64,000 bases of DNA from Malacoraja senta (taxonomy: Eukaryota). The notes below the pieces were generated by a model. That model was given only the letters and a program-made list of their open reading frames with translations. It had not been told where the DNA came from and made no database searches. The position numbers were made by a program, and so were the translations under genes. The stretch is taken from NCBI GenBank assembly GCA_038087875.1, contig JAXLNO010000479.1, positions 1-64,000 of the forward strand. The letters run 5' to 3'. Within the stretch, counting starts at the first letter, position 1, and the number at the start of each line of letters is the position of its first letter. Below, one piece after another: positions 1 through 11,989 of this stretch.

Positions 1-29
1 CCGATCGTTTTTCTGACCACCCCGTCTCC

Positions 30-1676
30 GCTTATCCGATCTCCCTGTTGCCAAACATTTAACTTCCCATCCCCGCTCCCCTATTGACCTTTCTTACACG
101 GGATTCCACCACTGTCAAAGTTACGCTAAAATGGCAATTTTTACGACGTTCTCAAAGTCCAACTTCGATAGCCATTACTCCTCGGAGGATGGTTAGGAGA
201 TATATTTTACACACTCACGACACACTCACGACACACATAAGGCACACTCAAGATAGCAAAAACGAATCTTCCAAACGTTGTTCCTTGATTACTTGGTATT
301 TTATTGAAGTAGTACATAGCAAAGAAATAATCCTTCACTTTTCGTTCTTAACCCTATTCCATTAATGTCACATTAATCATCTAAACGTTTTTTTCTTATA
401 AAATATGTCGTCTCATTAACATGTGTGTGAATGAATGGTAAAAAACTGTATTCCCGCCATCCTTCCAAGACTAAAAATATTAAAAATGTTAGACATGGCT
501 ATAATATACTGACAGGCTTAGTGGCTCCTACAGAAGCTATATTCAAATTTAAGGAACATAACCTAGGTATGTTACAAAACTTACCTTCAGTCGCGCTGTA
601 ATTCTGCCACTGGCCGTGTGCGCGATTTTGGCGCCTTTAAGGGGGGGCGGGGTTAAAACGCGGCTTTCTCCTCCCTTGTCCTAGTTGATATTTTGTTGGA
701 GTACAAGCGTTGGCTGATGAATCGTTCCTAGTGGCGATTTGTGTATTTTTTATTTTTTATTAAATCGTCAATGTCAGCGCTAGAGTAATTTTAAAATCAG
801 CTTCTGAAGCGTCAAAGCCGATAACGGGGACGGATTTCACACTGGGACAGGTAAACGAAAGGGGTTTCTTTAAATGTATAAAAGTGCTTCTTAAGAAGCC
901 TTTAATTCACATTTTTCCATGCGACACGGTGATTTTATTCCCCGAATTAACGGCCGTATTTTTCATGCCAATACGGGGTTAAATTCACCGCAAATGAACG
1001 TTCCAAAAGATCGCGTTCCAGAAATCCTCACTCGCAAGATGAATTAAATGCCCATTAATTTACAGGTATTAAACATTCAATTCCTTCCATTCGGCCTGTA
1101 AATTCATGAAAATGAGATTTTAAAATTATGTTATATTGTGAATTCTTGTGTGAATGTTATTTGGACACTTAAGCTATTTAAAAATGTTAATCTATTCTTA
1201 AGAAATTGATAGATGTTTAGATCTAGTAATTGAATTTTGTAATTAGCTACAATTAGGTAACTAACTAATTATATGCTTTACTTTCATGTCTACTAAGTAA
1301 GATTGTTTCATATTTGTTTCAGAATGCTTCAATCTATAATAACTGGAAATTTCTTTCAGTTATCTTAATTTTTAAGAAAGTTATGGGCTTTTAACTGTCC
1401 TCAATCACAGCTTTTGAGTTAAGTCAATGGAAAAGCAATAGGGAACAAGATGCTAATTTCCGAGTATGAAAATGGCCATAACTTCTTTAATACTGAAGAT
1501 ATGAAAGTGAATTAGGTGTCAAATTAAACTTCTTTTTATGCTTTATCTGATGGGATAAATTGCAGACTTTATTTTTTAAATCTCAAAATTTTGTAACATT
1601 GCTACAGAACCACATATTTCGCTTGTGTAGCTTACAACCAAGAGGTATTAATGTTAATCTCTCTAATATCCAGTAA
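30..1676 (+). mobile_element. Penelope-like retroelement 3' remnant (GIY-YIG C-terminus), split by two insertions
   Basis: Pieces at ~39-131 (DLPVAKHFN-like), ~541-563 and 1605-1676 (HIFRLCSLQPRGINVN) join into the typical PLE endonuclease tail. Confidence 0.65.
564..1604. mobile_element. Non-autonomous TIR DNA transposon (MITE-like, ~1.04 kb)
   Basis: Imperfect TIRs: TAGGTATGTTACAAAA on the left, revcomp TAGCAATGTTACAAAA on the right. Flanked by CATAACC (557-563) and CAGAACC (1605-1611). Removing it restores the PLE text. Confidence 0.7.
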
Positions 1677-2029
1677 ATCCTGCATTCCCTCTCTCTTCCC
1701 CTCCCTTACCCGAGTAGTCCGACTGGTTCCTATGTTCGCAACCTGTATCCATTCTTTATCACATCTTTATTCCTTGAATCTTCATCGTCTCACTATAGCG
1801 CACACCGTCGAATCCTAGCTACAACCTCATAAATCTTCTCTGAACCCATTCCCGCTTGACATCACCATGGTTCCCAAAACTGAACACACTACTCTAAATG
1901 CGGCCTCACCAACTCCAGGAGAACTGTCCGCGTCTATATTCAATATTCTGAATAATGAAGGCCAATTTGCTGAAATCGTTTTGACCACCCTATCTACCTG
2001 TAATACCGCTTTCAAGGAACTATCAATAT

Positions 2030-2590
2030 TCAAGATTCAAGATTCAAGATCCAATTTAATTGACACGTACCAATTAAGATACCGTGAAATTTGAGTTACC
2101 ATACAGCCATACTAAGTGAAAAAACAACAATACACACAGCCACATAAATTAAAATTTAAATTACATATCCACCACAGTGAATTCCACATTCCTCGCTGTG
2201 ATGGAAGTTAATAAAGTTCAATCATCTTCCTGCTTTGTTCACCCGTGGTCGGGCTTTTGAAACCTCCGCAATCGCCGCTGCCGACGGTCCGATGTCCGAG
2301 CCTTCGCGTCGGGATGATCGAATCTCCGGGCCGGTCTTCAGCAAAGACCGCACCACCACGTTGTTTGGCACAGGGGGGACGGAGATTCGATGCGGCGAAA
2401 AATCGAATCTCCATCGAGGTAAGTGAGTTAAAAAAGTTTCCCCCACCCCCCACCCCCCAACCCCCCAACCCCCACATAAAACAGACCAAGACAGATTAAA
2501 ACATACGTTTAAAACATACTTAAAATAATAAAAACAGAGAGGGGACAAACAGACTGTTGGCGAGGCAGCCACTGCGGCGGCGCCATCCGG
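2030..2590 (-). mobile_element. GC-rich non-coding retroposon with Rex/Babar-type 3' end
   Basis: (CAAGATT)n tail on the + strand at ~2030-2050, followed by a Rex-like 3' UTR and a GC-rich body ending GGCGCCATC. Confidence 0.55.
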
Positions 2591-2921
2591 TGGTTAACTG
2601 TGAACCTTCACTCCCAGTTCCGTCGGCTCCACAACACTCCCCAGAGCCATATTATTCGTGTTAAACTACCCAAAATTCAACCTCACATTTATCTGCATTA
2701 AATCCCATTAACGATCACTCAGCCCACCTGTCCAACCGATCAAGATCCTGCTGATATTTTTGACAATCATCTCCACTAACTACAATAGCCCCACTTTTGT
2801 GTCATCTGTAGATTTGCTAATCATGCCATGCACGTTCTTATTCGTCATTGAATTAAATGTCAAACTGCAATGGGCTCAGTACCAATCGCTGAGGCACACC
2901 ACTGGTGACAGGCCTCCACTC

Positions 2922-3594
2922 GGCTGAAGAAGGGTTTCGGCCCGAAGCGTTGCCTATTTCCTTCGCTCCATACAAAGGATACAAAGGATACAAAGGACAT
3001 TTATTATCACATACACCAATTGGTGCAGTGAAATTTGACTTGCCATTTCATCACACGAATAAAGATAAGACACAACCTTAAAGAATTTAACAATAAACAT
3101 AAAAACATCCCACCACAATGGTTCCCACAGTGGGGGAAGGCAGCAACGTCCAGTCCCGTCCCCTGTTCACCGATAGTCGGGCCTATTGTGACCTCCGTGG
3201 TCGCCGCTACCGCAGGCCGATGCTTCAGGCCCTCTTGCCGGGAAGATTGAAATCCGGCGTCGGGTGAACACTCTTCAGCGGCTTCGAATCTCTGGAGCGG
3301 CCGCTTCCTCCCCGGAGACCGCGGCTCCCGAAGTCCTCAGGGCGCGCTGGTTGGAGCTCCGAATCTGGCGATCTCGGAACCCAGGCCCCGCGGTGTTTTA
3401 AATCCAGCGCCGCCCGCGGCTGGACGCTGGCAGCCACAGCTCCTCGATGTTGGGGTCGGCGGTCACAGCACTCCGGAGCCCAACGCACGGCGACCCGGTG
3501 AGGCATCGCCCGCTCCGTGACGGTGTTCGAGCGCTGTGCCGCCGCCCATAGATGCTGCCGCACCCGCTGAGTTTCTCCAGCACTTTTGTCTACC
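2922..3594 (+). repeat. Short PLE-terminus-derived repeat with hammerhead-like core, split by an insertion
   Basis: CTGAAGAAGGGTTTCGGCCCGAAG at 2924-2947 continues at 3546 as CCATAGATGCTGCC...CTCCAGCAC. Related copies at ~24198-24350, ~29484-29556 and ~38234-38325. Confidence 0.55.
2973..3545 (-). mobile_element. GC-rich non-coding retroposon with Rex/Babar-type 3' end
   Basis: (TACAAAGGA)3 tail. CCATA is duplicated at 2968-2972 and 3546-3550 (TSD). Confidence 0.65.
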
Positions 3595-5524
3595 ATCCAC
3601 CATCATCCTTTGCTTCCTTCGGAAGTGATCGAAGTCAACGGTGATGTTGATCAGGACCTGTATTGGTAGTCTGAAAATAATTGAACAGCGTGTATAATAC
3701 GCCCAATGCCATGTTGGCGGTGGGTTGTGCTGGTTCATAAATTGTGGACAAGATATTCGAAGTGAATTACGTTGGTATATACGACTAAACATTGACCAAA
3801 ACACAGGCATCGTAGCCTTTCTCCTTGCCCGAAGATTCCACCCTGCTGCTGCAATAAATGGAGACACCCCAGGTTGTGTGACAGGGTTCGTTGACTTGGG
3901 ATGAGCCATTTATTTCTGCAAGAAAAACACAGCGGCACTAATTTTCATTTGAAGCATCGGTCTTCCTCTGAGTTCTTCAGTCCTATCTTGGATGATTAAA
4001 CATTAGCTAGGGACATGCGAGATAATGGGAGCAGGTGCCTACATTTGCGTCGTTTGGGCTACCTATAACTTCTATTTGGGACTCAAGGGAAAAACATGGC
4101 ATTGTCAAGGCGTTTCAGGCTTGTGTGTTAAAAGACTAACACGCTTAGTCGCTGAATACAACCCGTCATGCGACCTATTGATTCAACCCAACTGACGTGT
4201 ATTGACAGACTGACGGCCTTTCTGCATCTTGTCCAACAATATATATTTTATTTATTTTGATATAAAATAGTCAACTCCAATTTGATTCACATGCTCAGAA
4301 GTGTAATTGTTATAAATCATTGTGAGCGTTTTGCTTCGCTATTCCACGCAAGTCATATGGAACACTTTTAGCAATTGTATTTTATTTTCTCCATGTGTGA
4401 AATGATTTCATTTGATTTGCTTTGTTTTGTTAATGTCATCTTTACCAATGTGAAGTGTTACTTGTGTGCCATCCACTCAAATAACACCTTACATGATACA
4501 ATTAAGCAATGTCAACGTACAACAGAAGATCATAGAAGTGCAAAGACAGAAATAGCAGACAAGAAAATATCGTTTTACAGCATTCTAGCTTTGCAGTTTC
4601 AGAGACCACGTCCAATGGCCTCAATGCCTTTTGATCGTAGATCATGTAACAACCCAACAGAGGCTCTCAATGTTAGTGCCGAAGATAATGTCAAAATTAA
4701 CAAATCACATCTGCCAAATATTTCTCCATTCCCGGCATGTAACCACACGCACATCGAAATGAGTGCAATCAGCGAGTTTGGTATTTCGAAAAACGCCGAG
4801 GATCATGGGAATTCTCAAAGATCAATGGCAAAAAAGAAAAAGGGATAACTGAATGTAAATTCTTATCTTTATACATGATTTATGTGAAATATATATTTAA
4901 TCCGAGGAACAGGGGGTGGCAAGTAGCGGGAGAGCGGGTGTAACAGCGAGAGAGAGGGGGCAGATGCCATTGGGAGACAGGGAAGAGCGCGCACAGACCC
5001 GCGCCTCATCCGCGGCCAGGATCGAGCCCGTGTCCCCGGCGCATTGGGCGCTGCCGAGCCGCCGCTAGACCGCAGATTCACCCCCCCCCCCACCCCCAGC
5101 GCCGGCAGCGAGCCCGGCCGGAAACCTCCGGCTGCCACCGGACGGGGACGGGACACCGGGAGGGGGGGGGGTGTTGGAGGGGTGGAGGGACGGCCCAGCG
5201 GCGGCACGGCGGCGCCCGCGGCGCAGAAGACCTGCGTCGGCGACCGACCCCGACCATGGACCTCGACCAGGGACCCCGACGCCAAGAAGCAACAGAAGCA
5301 TAAAGCACTCACTGAATGGAAATTCTGATAACCAAAGATAACACACAGCAGATCCGCACCTTCCAGTGTTCATCTCCAGTCACCTATGACCTGGGCATGC
5401 GCAATCGGAATACAGAACTCGCTTATACTCCCACAAATAATATAGTAAAGCCTCGCATTATTTTTATTGAGCATGCGTACGAAAATATTAATGACATACT
5501 GTATCACACGTGTCATCATCATTG

Positions 5525-5647
5525 CCAATAATTTGCATGGCTCATTATACCCTCGAGGTTTACCTGAGATATAAATGAGACACTAAACATGAAAGCAGGA
5601 GATACGCAAGCCTTTTCAACTAACTGGAAACATCACATTCAACGATT
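5525..5647 (+). promoter_or_regulatory. Putative core promoter/5' UTR of the plus-strand GPCR pseudogene
   Basis: CCAAT 5525-5529, octamer ATTTGCAT 5531-5538, TATAAA 5570-5575. Alignable by eye to the upstream region of the minus-strand paralogue. Confidence 0.55.
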
Positions 5648-5717
5648 ATGGGACTGACCGTAAAATTACTGGTAGATCGCATCTACTATTCCATTCTTGT
5701 AATAATTGTAGTTCCTG
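5648..5717 (+). pseudogene. GPR139/142-like class-A GPCR pseudogene, exon 1
   Basis: MGLTVKLLVDRIYYSILVIIVVP+G, then a GTAAG donor at 5718. 70 nt, phase 1, same length as the paralogue's exon 1. Confidence 0.85.
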
Positions 5718-5964
5718 GTAAGCAATTTCCGTAATCTTTTTCTATGTGCGCCTTAACCTGCTTGACAGCCGACATAGATACCTGGATATATAAATACGGT
5801 ACTGATACAACGAAACAATCATTCACCGAATCTGACTATTTCTCGGGAACAGTCCAATTGATTCGAATGTTGCATCGCGTCCGCTTTGCCTTTGGTTGAG
5901 CAATCCAGCTACATTTGCTGAATTTAATTCGTGTAGAGTGCTCCAAAATTGTGGTTTTGAACTG

Positions 5965-6920
5965 TATATTGCATGCATGTCCAAACAGCAGAGGTAAATG
6001 GGCTCTTTCCGCGACCAGAAATGGTCTCTTTCCGCGACTTTCTAATTATTGGTGGACATCACCCTTGTTCGTTGCCGGAAACTTAATTGGAAAGGAGATG
6101 CATTCGTTTAGTTTAGTCAAGTTTAGTTTAGTTTATTGTTGTCACGTGTACCGCGATGCAATCAAAAGCTTTTGTCTCCGTGCTATCCAGTCCAGATCAA
6201 TACTAAACACAATCAAGCAATCAAGCCGCCCACAGTGTGCAGATAAAGAATGAGGTGTATAACAGCTAGTGCACAAATATAACGTTGTATATATTACATA
6301 AACTCCGATGAAAGGAAGTTCAAAGGTCTGCATTGAGGTAGTGGATGTTCAGCACCGCTGTCTACCTGATGAGACAATCGCTCTGTTGCCTGATAACAGC
6401 TGGAAATAAACTGTTACTGAATCTGGACGTATGCGTTTTCAAACTTCTCTATCTTCTGCTAGATTGCAGAGAAAGAAAGAGATAGTGTGACCCGGGAAGA
6501 CTGGTCGTTCATTCTGTTGGCGTCCTTGCTGCGGTTGTGTGAAGTGCAGATGTAGTCGATGGGAGGCTGGCTGGTTGTTGACATGGTCTGAGCTACGTCC
6601 GCAACGCTCTGCTATTTCTTGCGATGTGAATTGAACTGTTCCCAAACCAGGCTGTGTTGCATCCCGATACGTTGCTTTATACGGCGCATGTGCAGTCGTT
6701 CTTGAGGGTTGTTGGAGGCCAAACCGAAATTGCTCATAGTTCTAAGGTGGTTGGGCGTTGATGTGCTTTCCAAGCCATTGCTTGGATGCGGGAGGGCAAA
6801 TCGCTGGTGAAATTTATTCTTAGGTACTTCAAGGTTTTGACAGCCTATATTGCATGCATGTCCAAACAGCAGAGGTAAATGGGCTCTTTCCGCGACCAGA
6901 AATGGTCTCTTTCCGCGACT
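5965..6920 (+). repeat. Exact 75-bp dispersed duplication (5965-6039 = 6846-6920)
   Basis: TATATTGCATGCATGTCC...TTTCCGCGACT is identical in both places. Confidence 0.9.
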
Positions 6921-7545
6921 CGGCTACATCAAGTGGACTGGGATGTGTGCAACGCTTTTCTTACTAAAATGATTCCCGATCTACTTTGTCTTCCTGACAT
7001 TGGGAGATATGTTGTTGTCTTGACACCAAATTACAAGATTCTCAATCTCCTATCTATATTTCGTCTCGTCACTATTCGATAGCCGACCAACTAGTGTAGT
7101 ATCATATGCAAACAAGTAGATTGATATGGGTTGGTATTTGGCTCCACAGCCGTGAGTATATAAGGAGCATAGAAGAAGGGTGAGAACGAATCCTGGTGGG
7201 GCACCAATATTGAGAATTATATTGGATGACGATTTATCACGTAGTCTCACTAAATGTGCTCTGTAGGTTAGGAAGTTGAGGATCCATTTGTGGATAGGAC
7301 TGTTGACTCCAACTTCCACGAGTTTGGAGGTAAGCTTTGTTGGCGGTAATAGTATTGATAACAGAGCTATAGTCGAGGAATCTGACGTAGGTGTCCTTCC
7401 TACCCAGTTGTTTCTTCACATGAGTGCAGTGTCAGGGCGATGGTATCGGACGTGGACTTGGTGTGGTCGTAGGAGAACATCCAAAATGTGCATAAGTGCT
7501 CAAAGGCCAGAGCTAGAACGACAGTCAGCTCCCTAATGTGGTGTT
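6105..7545 (-). mobile_element. Degenerate Rex/Babar LINE 3' portion
   Basis: RT-like residues LNIGAPPGFVL..LLCSLYTH..FAYDTTLVG (7050-7319). (GTTTA)n tail near 6105-6135. Confidence 0.75.
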
Positions 7546-7878
7546 GATCCGCTGCGTCGCCACAACCTAAACTGCTGGATTGAAATTAGAAACTCTGCTA
7601 TTTTAAAGCAATGTATTTTAATTTCGTACACAAGCAAATATAATTTCAGTCTCCTGGCGAAAAATATACCAAGATTGTTGTCCATGTGTTTCCATGGTCC
7701 GCTTTTAACATTGGTACCTGGGGCAGAAAATCTTCAATGGTCTACCCTTTCATTTTCAATTGCTGGACGAAACCACTGCCTTCGGCAACAGCACAATATA
7801 TTATTCACTGATCTTCTGGACGACCTTTAAACTCTAAGGCCGACGTAAGATTTGCTTAAATACGATATGCTATTGTAG

Positions 7879-8792
7879 CAATACAATACAATACATTACG
7901 GTTTTATTCGTCACGTTGCACATAAAGTGCAAGTAAAATGAATTTGCCAGCAGCGGTACAATGATAAAGAATCCCCAAAACACACTAAAAAGTTAACATA
8001 AACATCCACCACAGCATTCATCACTGTGGTGGAAGGCACACAAATTGGCCAGTCCTCCTCCATTTCCCCCCGTGGTCGGGACCTCAACCCTCCGCAGCCG
8101 CCGCTGCAGGCGTCCAGATGTACAGACAGGTAAAAGTCCAGGTAAGTCCAGAGTCAGCTCTTCCCCACCGGAGACCGCGGTTTCAGGTTGGTGTAGGCCG
8201 CAGGCCGGCGGTCGAAGATTTAAAGTCTCCGTCGCGCCGCAGCCAGAAGCACCGCATACCGCAGGGCCGGCGGTCGGAGCTCCCCTCCAGGGCTGATGGT
8301 AAGTCCACGCCGGGCTCGCGGTAGATGTAGGCCGCGGGCCGACGGTCAGAGCTTCATCTCCTCCCGGATCCCCACGAGGGATCCCAGGCTCCGGACGCCG
8401 CCAGCTGGAGCTCCGCAGACAGCGACTTCAGGCTGCCGGCTGCCGCGGGCCAGCGTAACGGAGCGCTCACCTCTGGCGAGGGCTCGCCCGCTCCACGCCG
8501 AGAGTCCGCGCTGCGCCCGCCGCTGAAGCCCCGGGCGCGTCTCCGGGAAAGGCCGCCCAATCCTCGATGTTAGGCCACGGGGGAGGCGACCTGGAAAAAG
8601 TCGCCTCTCCGTGGAGGAAGCGACCGAAACGGTTTCCCCCTTACCACCCCCCCCCCACACACCCCCCCCCCCCCACACAAGACACACAAAAAGACATTAA
8701 AAACATACATTAAAACACACTAAAAAAAGAAACAAAAGTTGAAAAGACTAACACGCTGCTGACAGGGTTGCCGGCTTGCAGCGCCCCCACCG
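7879..8792 (-). mobile_element. GC-rich non-coding retroposon with Rex/Babar-type 3' end (same family as 44370-45043)
   Basis: (CAATA)n tail. Body is the reverse-complement homologue of 44370-45043; both give MASPPPFPP..-like spurious ORFs. Confidence 0.7.
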
Positions 8793-9254
8793 ATAAAGTT
8801 GATCATGTCGATAAAGTCAACGAAGGTAGGGAATAGCCCCACATACAGCTATTTGTTTTGTGTCATAAAAGTGTATTTTGCTGCGCTCAAAACGAGATGG
8901 ACGTTATTCCCTAATGAGCAGTGTCCACGTTAAATGGGGAGATTTACTGGATGCGATTAATTTCGTCAAGCATTTTATTTCAAATGCTAACCATTCAGCT
9001 TAATTGCCCTGAATGCGGAAGCTATCTTTTTGGCACTGATTTGTAGTTACAGTTTGACGAAACATAGATATAAAATATAATGTAATATTACTGTTTGACA
9101 CTGCTCTGCAAATATTACTGCCAGAAATGCAAAAGGTTTTTGAATTATTGGGGAATCGAATGCGGGACAAAAAAATACAACAAACTATTTTTGGTGTCAA
9201 GATCACAACTGTCATTTTATCACGATCAAATAAAAGGAGTGATCAATATTAATC

Positions 9255-10342
9255 AATATTTTAAATATTTTCAAATCCGTGACTATTTGAAAAAAATATA
9301 CACAAGAATATCAAAATTTGTCTCCTGACCTATTAGACGAAGCAATGAATATAAAGGGGGAATCAACTAATTAAATATCATACTCGTATAATATCATCCT
9401 AAATATAGAAATACCATCATCCGATAGAATTAGAAAAGATTGGGAACAAGAACTAGCTATACAAATCTCGAAAGAGAGTTGGGATAAGCATTTGCTATAT
9501 GTGCACAAATGCTCGATCAATGTAAGACATATTCTAATACAATTTAAAACTTTACATAAACTATATTACTCAAAAACTAACATAAGTATTTTTTTTCCGA
9601 ATGTCTCCCCCATCTGTGATAAATGTTTATCCCAAGAAGTAACTATAGCACATTCCTTTATTTTTTGTATAAACGTTTTGGAATGAAATCTTTGAAATGT
9701 TTACAAAATTATTTAACATAAAACTGAACCCGAACGCAGAAGTGATTATTTTTGGAACAATGGAAGCCAGCTTTGAGCTGACTTCGTTCCAAAAGAGCTT
9801 CCTTAATTACGGCTTAATAATGGCAAAAAGGCATACTTAAATTCTGGAAAAACGCTCCCACACCAACGATAAAAATGTGGATTTCAAATATGTCCGAAAT
9901 GTTACACCTGGAAGCCATGAGATTCCTCCTAGCAGGCAAATCAGACCATTTCCAAAAGATTTGGTCTCCATTTATCGACTTATTACAAGCATAGGGTGCG
10001 ACATAACTTTGAAAATAAATGGTTTCAGGACCTGGTGAGGGGTGTGTAAAGATACTAAGTAGGTACATCCCTTTTATCTTATTTTACTTTCTTATATCTT
10101 CTGTTCTCTATTTCTCTCTTTCTTTTTCTTTGGTTTTCTTTTTAACTCTTTCTCGTGTTTTACGTTTCCACGCGTTTCTCCTGATCACTCTTTCACGCAC
10201 TTACTATCTTATCTAACTCTCTCTATTTTTCTTATTTTTAAAGTTTAAAACAAGAAGTGGTACAGGAAATGTATTATGTTATTTTTGGCTTATATCACTG
10301 TAATGTACATTACTTCTAATAAATAAAATATTTTAAAAAAAA
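9255..10342 (+). mobile_element. 5'-truncated L1/Tx1-type LINE remnant
   Basis: FKYFQIRDYL and zinc-finger-like ICDKCLSQEVTIAHSF..C. T-rich 3' UTR, AATAAA and an A-rich tail at ~10317-10342. Confidence 0.75.
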
Positions 10343-11087
10343 GATAATCAAATAAATTTCTCCATGGCGAAATTTAAGTTTTTTTTTCAAATACGGCCAC
10401 CGTTATCTGGTAATATCAGCGACGGCGGACATCAATGTTGTGATAACCATGTAACCTTACATTCACTGAGCACATTTCTCACACTTATTTCTCGATTATA
10501 CTTGCATAATTGTTCAAAGGCCTCCATAACGATATGTTGTACAGCAATTGTTTGGTTTCTGTTAAGAAAACATACCTGGTAGTTGTTACTGTATTATAAC
10601 AAAGTGAGAACATACCAGGATAGTTTAAGCATAAAAATAAACTGGTAATAAATATAAACGATAGTATAATATTTTCTGAAACCCGCAGCTTTAACGTCTG
10701 AAATTAATCTGCAGCTATAACACAACGTGACCTGTGATACAAATTCTTAATGCGTACCGACCACTGTCCTTATCAATCTAATCATTCTCACAGTTGAATC
10801 ACGCCAGCACAGTTATTGTTGCTCCAGAGGAAATTTGAAAGATAACCAAAAATCCCTAAAAGCGTTGGTTACTGTAATAGCCCCCATTTCGTGCATTTCG
10901 TGTATGCCCCATTTCGTGCATAAATTATGGATAATAGGCACGAGTTAGAAACCGTATCCTGATTATTATTCATTCCATAGATTGAATTAAAAAACTGTGA
11001 ATAAATGAGCAATGGAAATAATGCAACATGTGGAAGAAAGACAATTTACAAGATACGTTTTAATGCAATTCCCTTTATTCTTTGCAG

Positions 11088-11989
11088 CTAATATACTGAC
11101 AATCTCCATCCTGTCCACCGGAAAGTGTGGGCTCTCTATATGCATCACCCGATATCTAGTATGGATGGCGGCAACTAACCTATCGCATCTGATATTTGGT
11201 CCAATACTTTTTGAGATTAATGATGCGTTTTTCCACGTTCAGTCCTAGATTACACTCCAATCTGCCGTCTCAATATGACCTTGATTTATATTGTTATTGA
11301 TTGTTCCGTTTGGTTGACTGTGTCGTTTACCTTTGATCGATTTGTTTCTATTTGTTGTCAGTCGTTAAAAACTAAGTACTGCACTGAAAAAATTCAACAA
11401 CGGTTATAACGATCGTTTGTTTATTATGCATTGTTGAAAATATGCCGGTTTTCTTCTTACTTGAACCACGTGAAGTAATTGACAATGTGCCCTGGTACTG
11501 CACTGCAAAATCAAGCTTCTATAATTTACCAACTGGGCTGCATTCTTATAGTTAGAGACCGTCTTAACACCATTTTTACCATTAGTGTTGATCTTCCTGT
11601 TCAACGCCTTAACAATAAGTCATATTATACGGGCGAACAGAATCAGAAACAAACTACGGGGAAACGAAAGTGAGAAGTGCCGGATGGATCAAGAAATTGA
11701 GAACCGACGGAAATCGATCATTTTACTACTCGCGATATCTGGTAGTTTCCTTCTATTGTGGACGGTAAATTTTGCTTGCTTTGTTGCTCCACATTTTACC
11801 GATAATCAACTGATGAAATCTGATTACAGAGACCCATTCGCCGTTGCAGAAGAAACTGGATTCCAGTTAAGAGTTGTATGCACTTGTCCAAACACGTTCA
11901 TTTATGCTGCGTCCCAACGAAACTGCAGAGATGAAATGAAGAAAATGATAAAACGGCCTCTTGTTTTACTTTCTAAATTATTGAAGTAA
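11088..11989 (+). pseudogene. GPR139/142-like class-A GPCR pseudogene, exon 2
   Basis: TTTGCAG acceptor at 11081-11087. Reads ANILTISILSTGKCGLS...FTFDRFV...ENRRKSIILL...PNTFIY. 1-nt deletions near 11230, 11390 and 11532, plus an in-frame TAG at 11549-11551 where the paralogue has W. Confidence 0.9.

Noticed and set aside
3735..3920. Minus-strand IYCSSR and IFGQGERL resembling an Ig/TCR V-J end after an acceptor-like site
   Set aside because: The two motifs are in different frames, no V framework or RSS is visible, and chance is likely.
11228..11392. Pseudogene frameshifts as homopolymer sequencing errors
   Set aside because: Two lie in homopolymers, but the deletion near 11532 and the TAG at 11549 do not, so pseudogene status stands.
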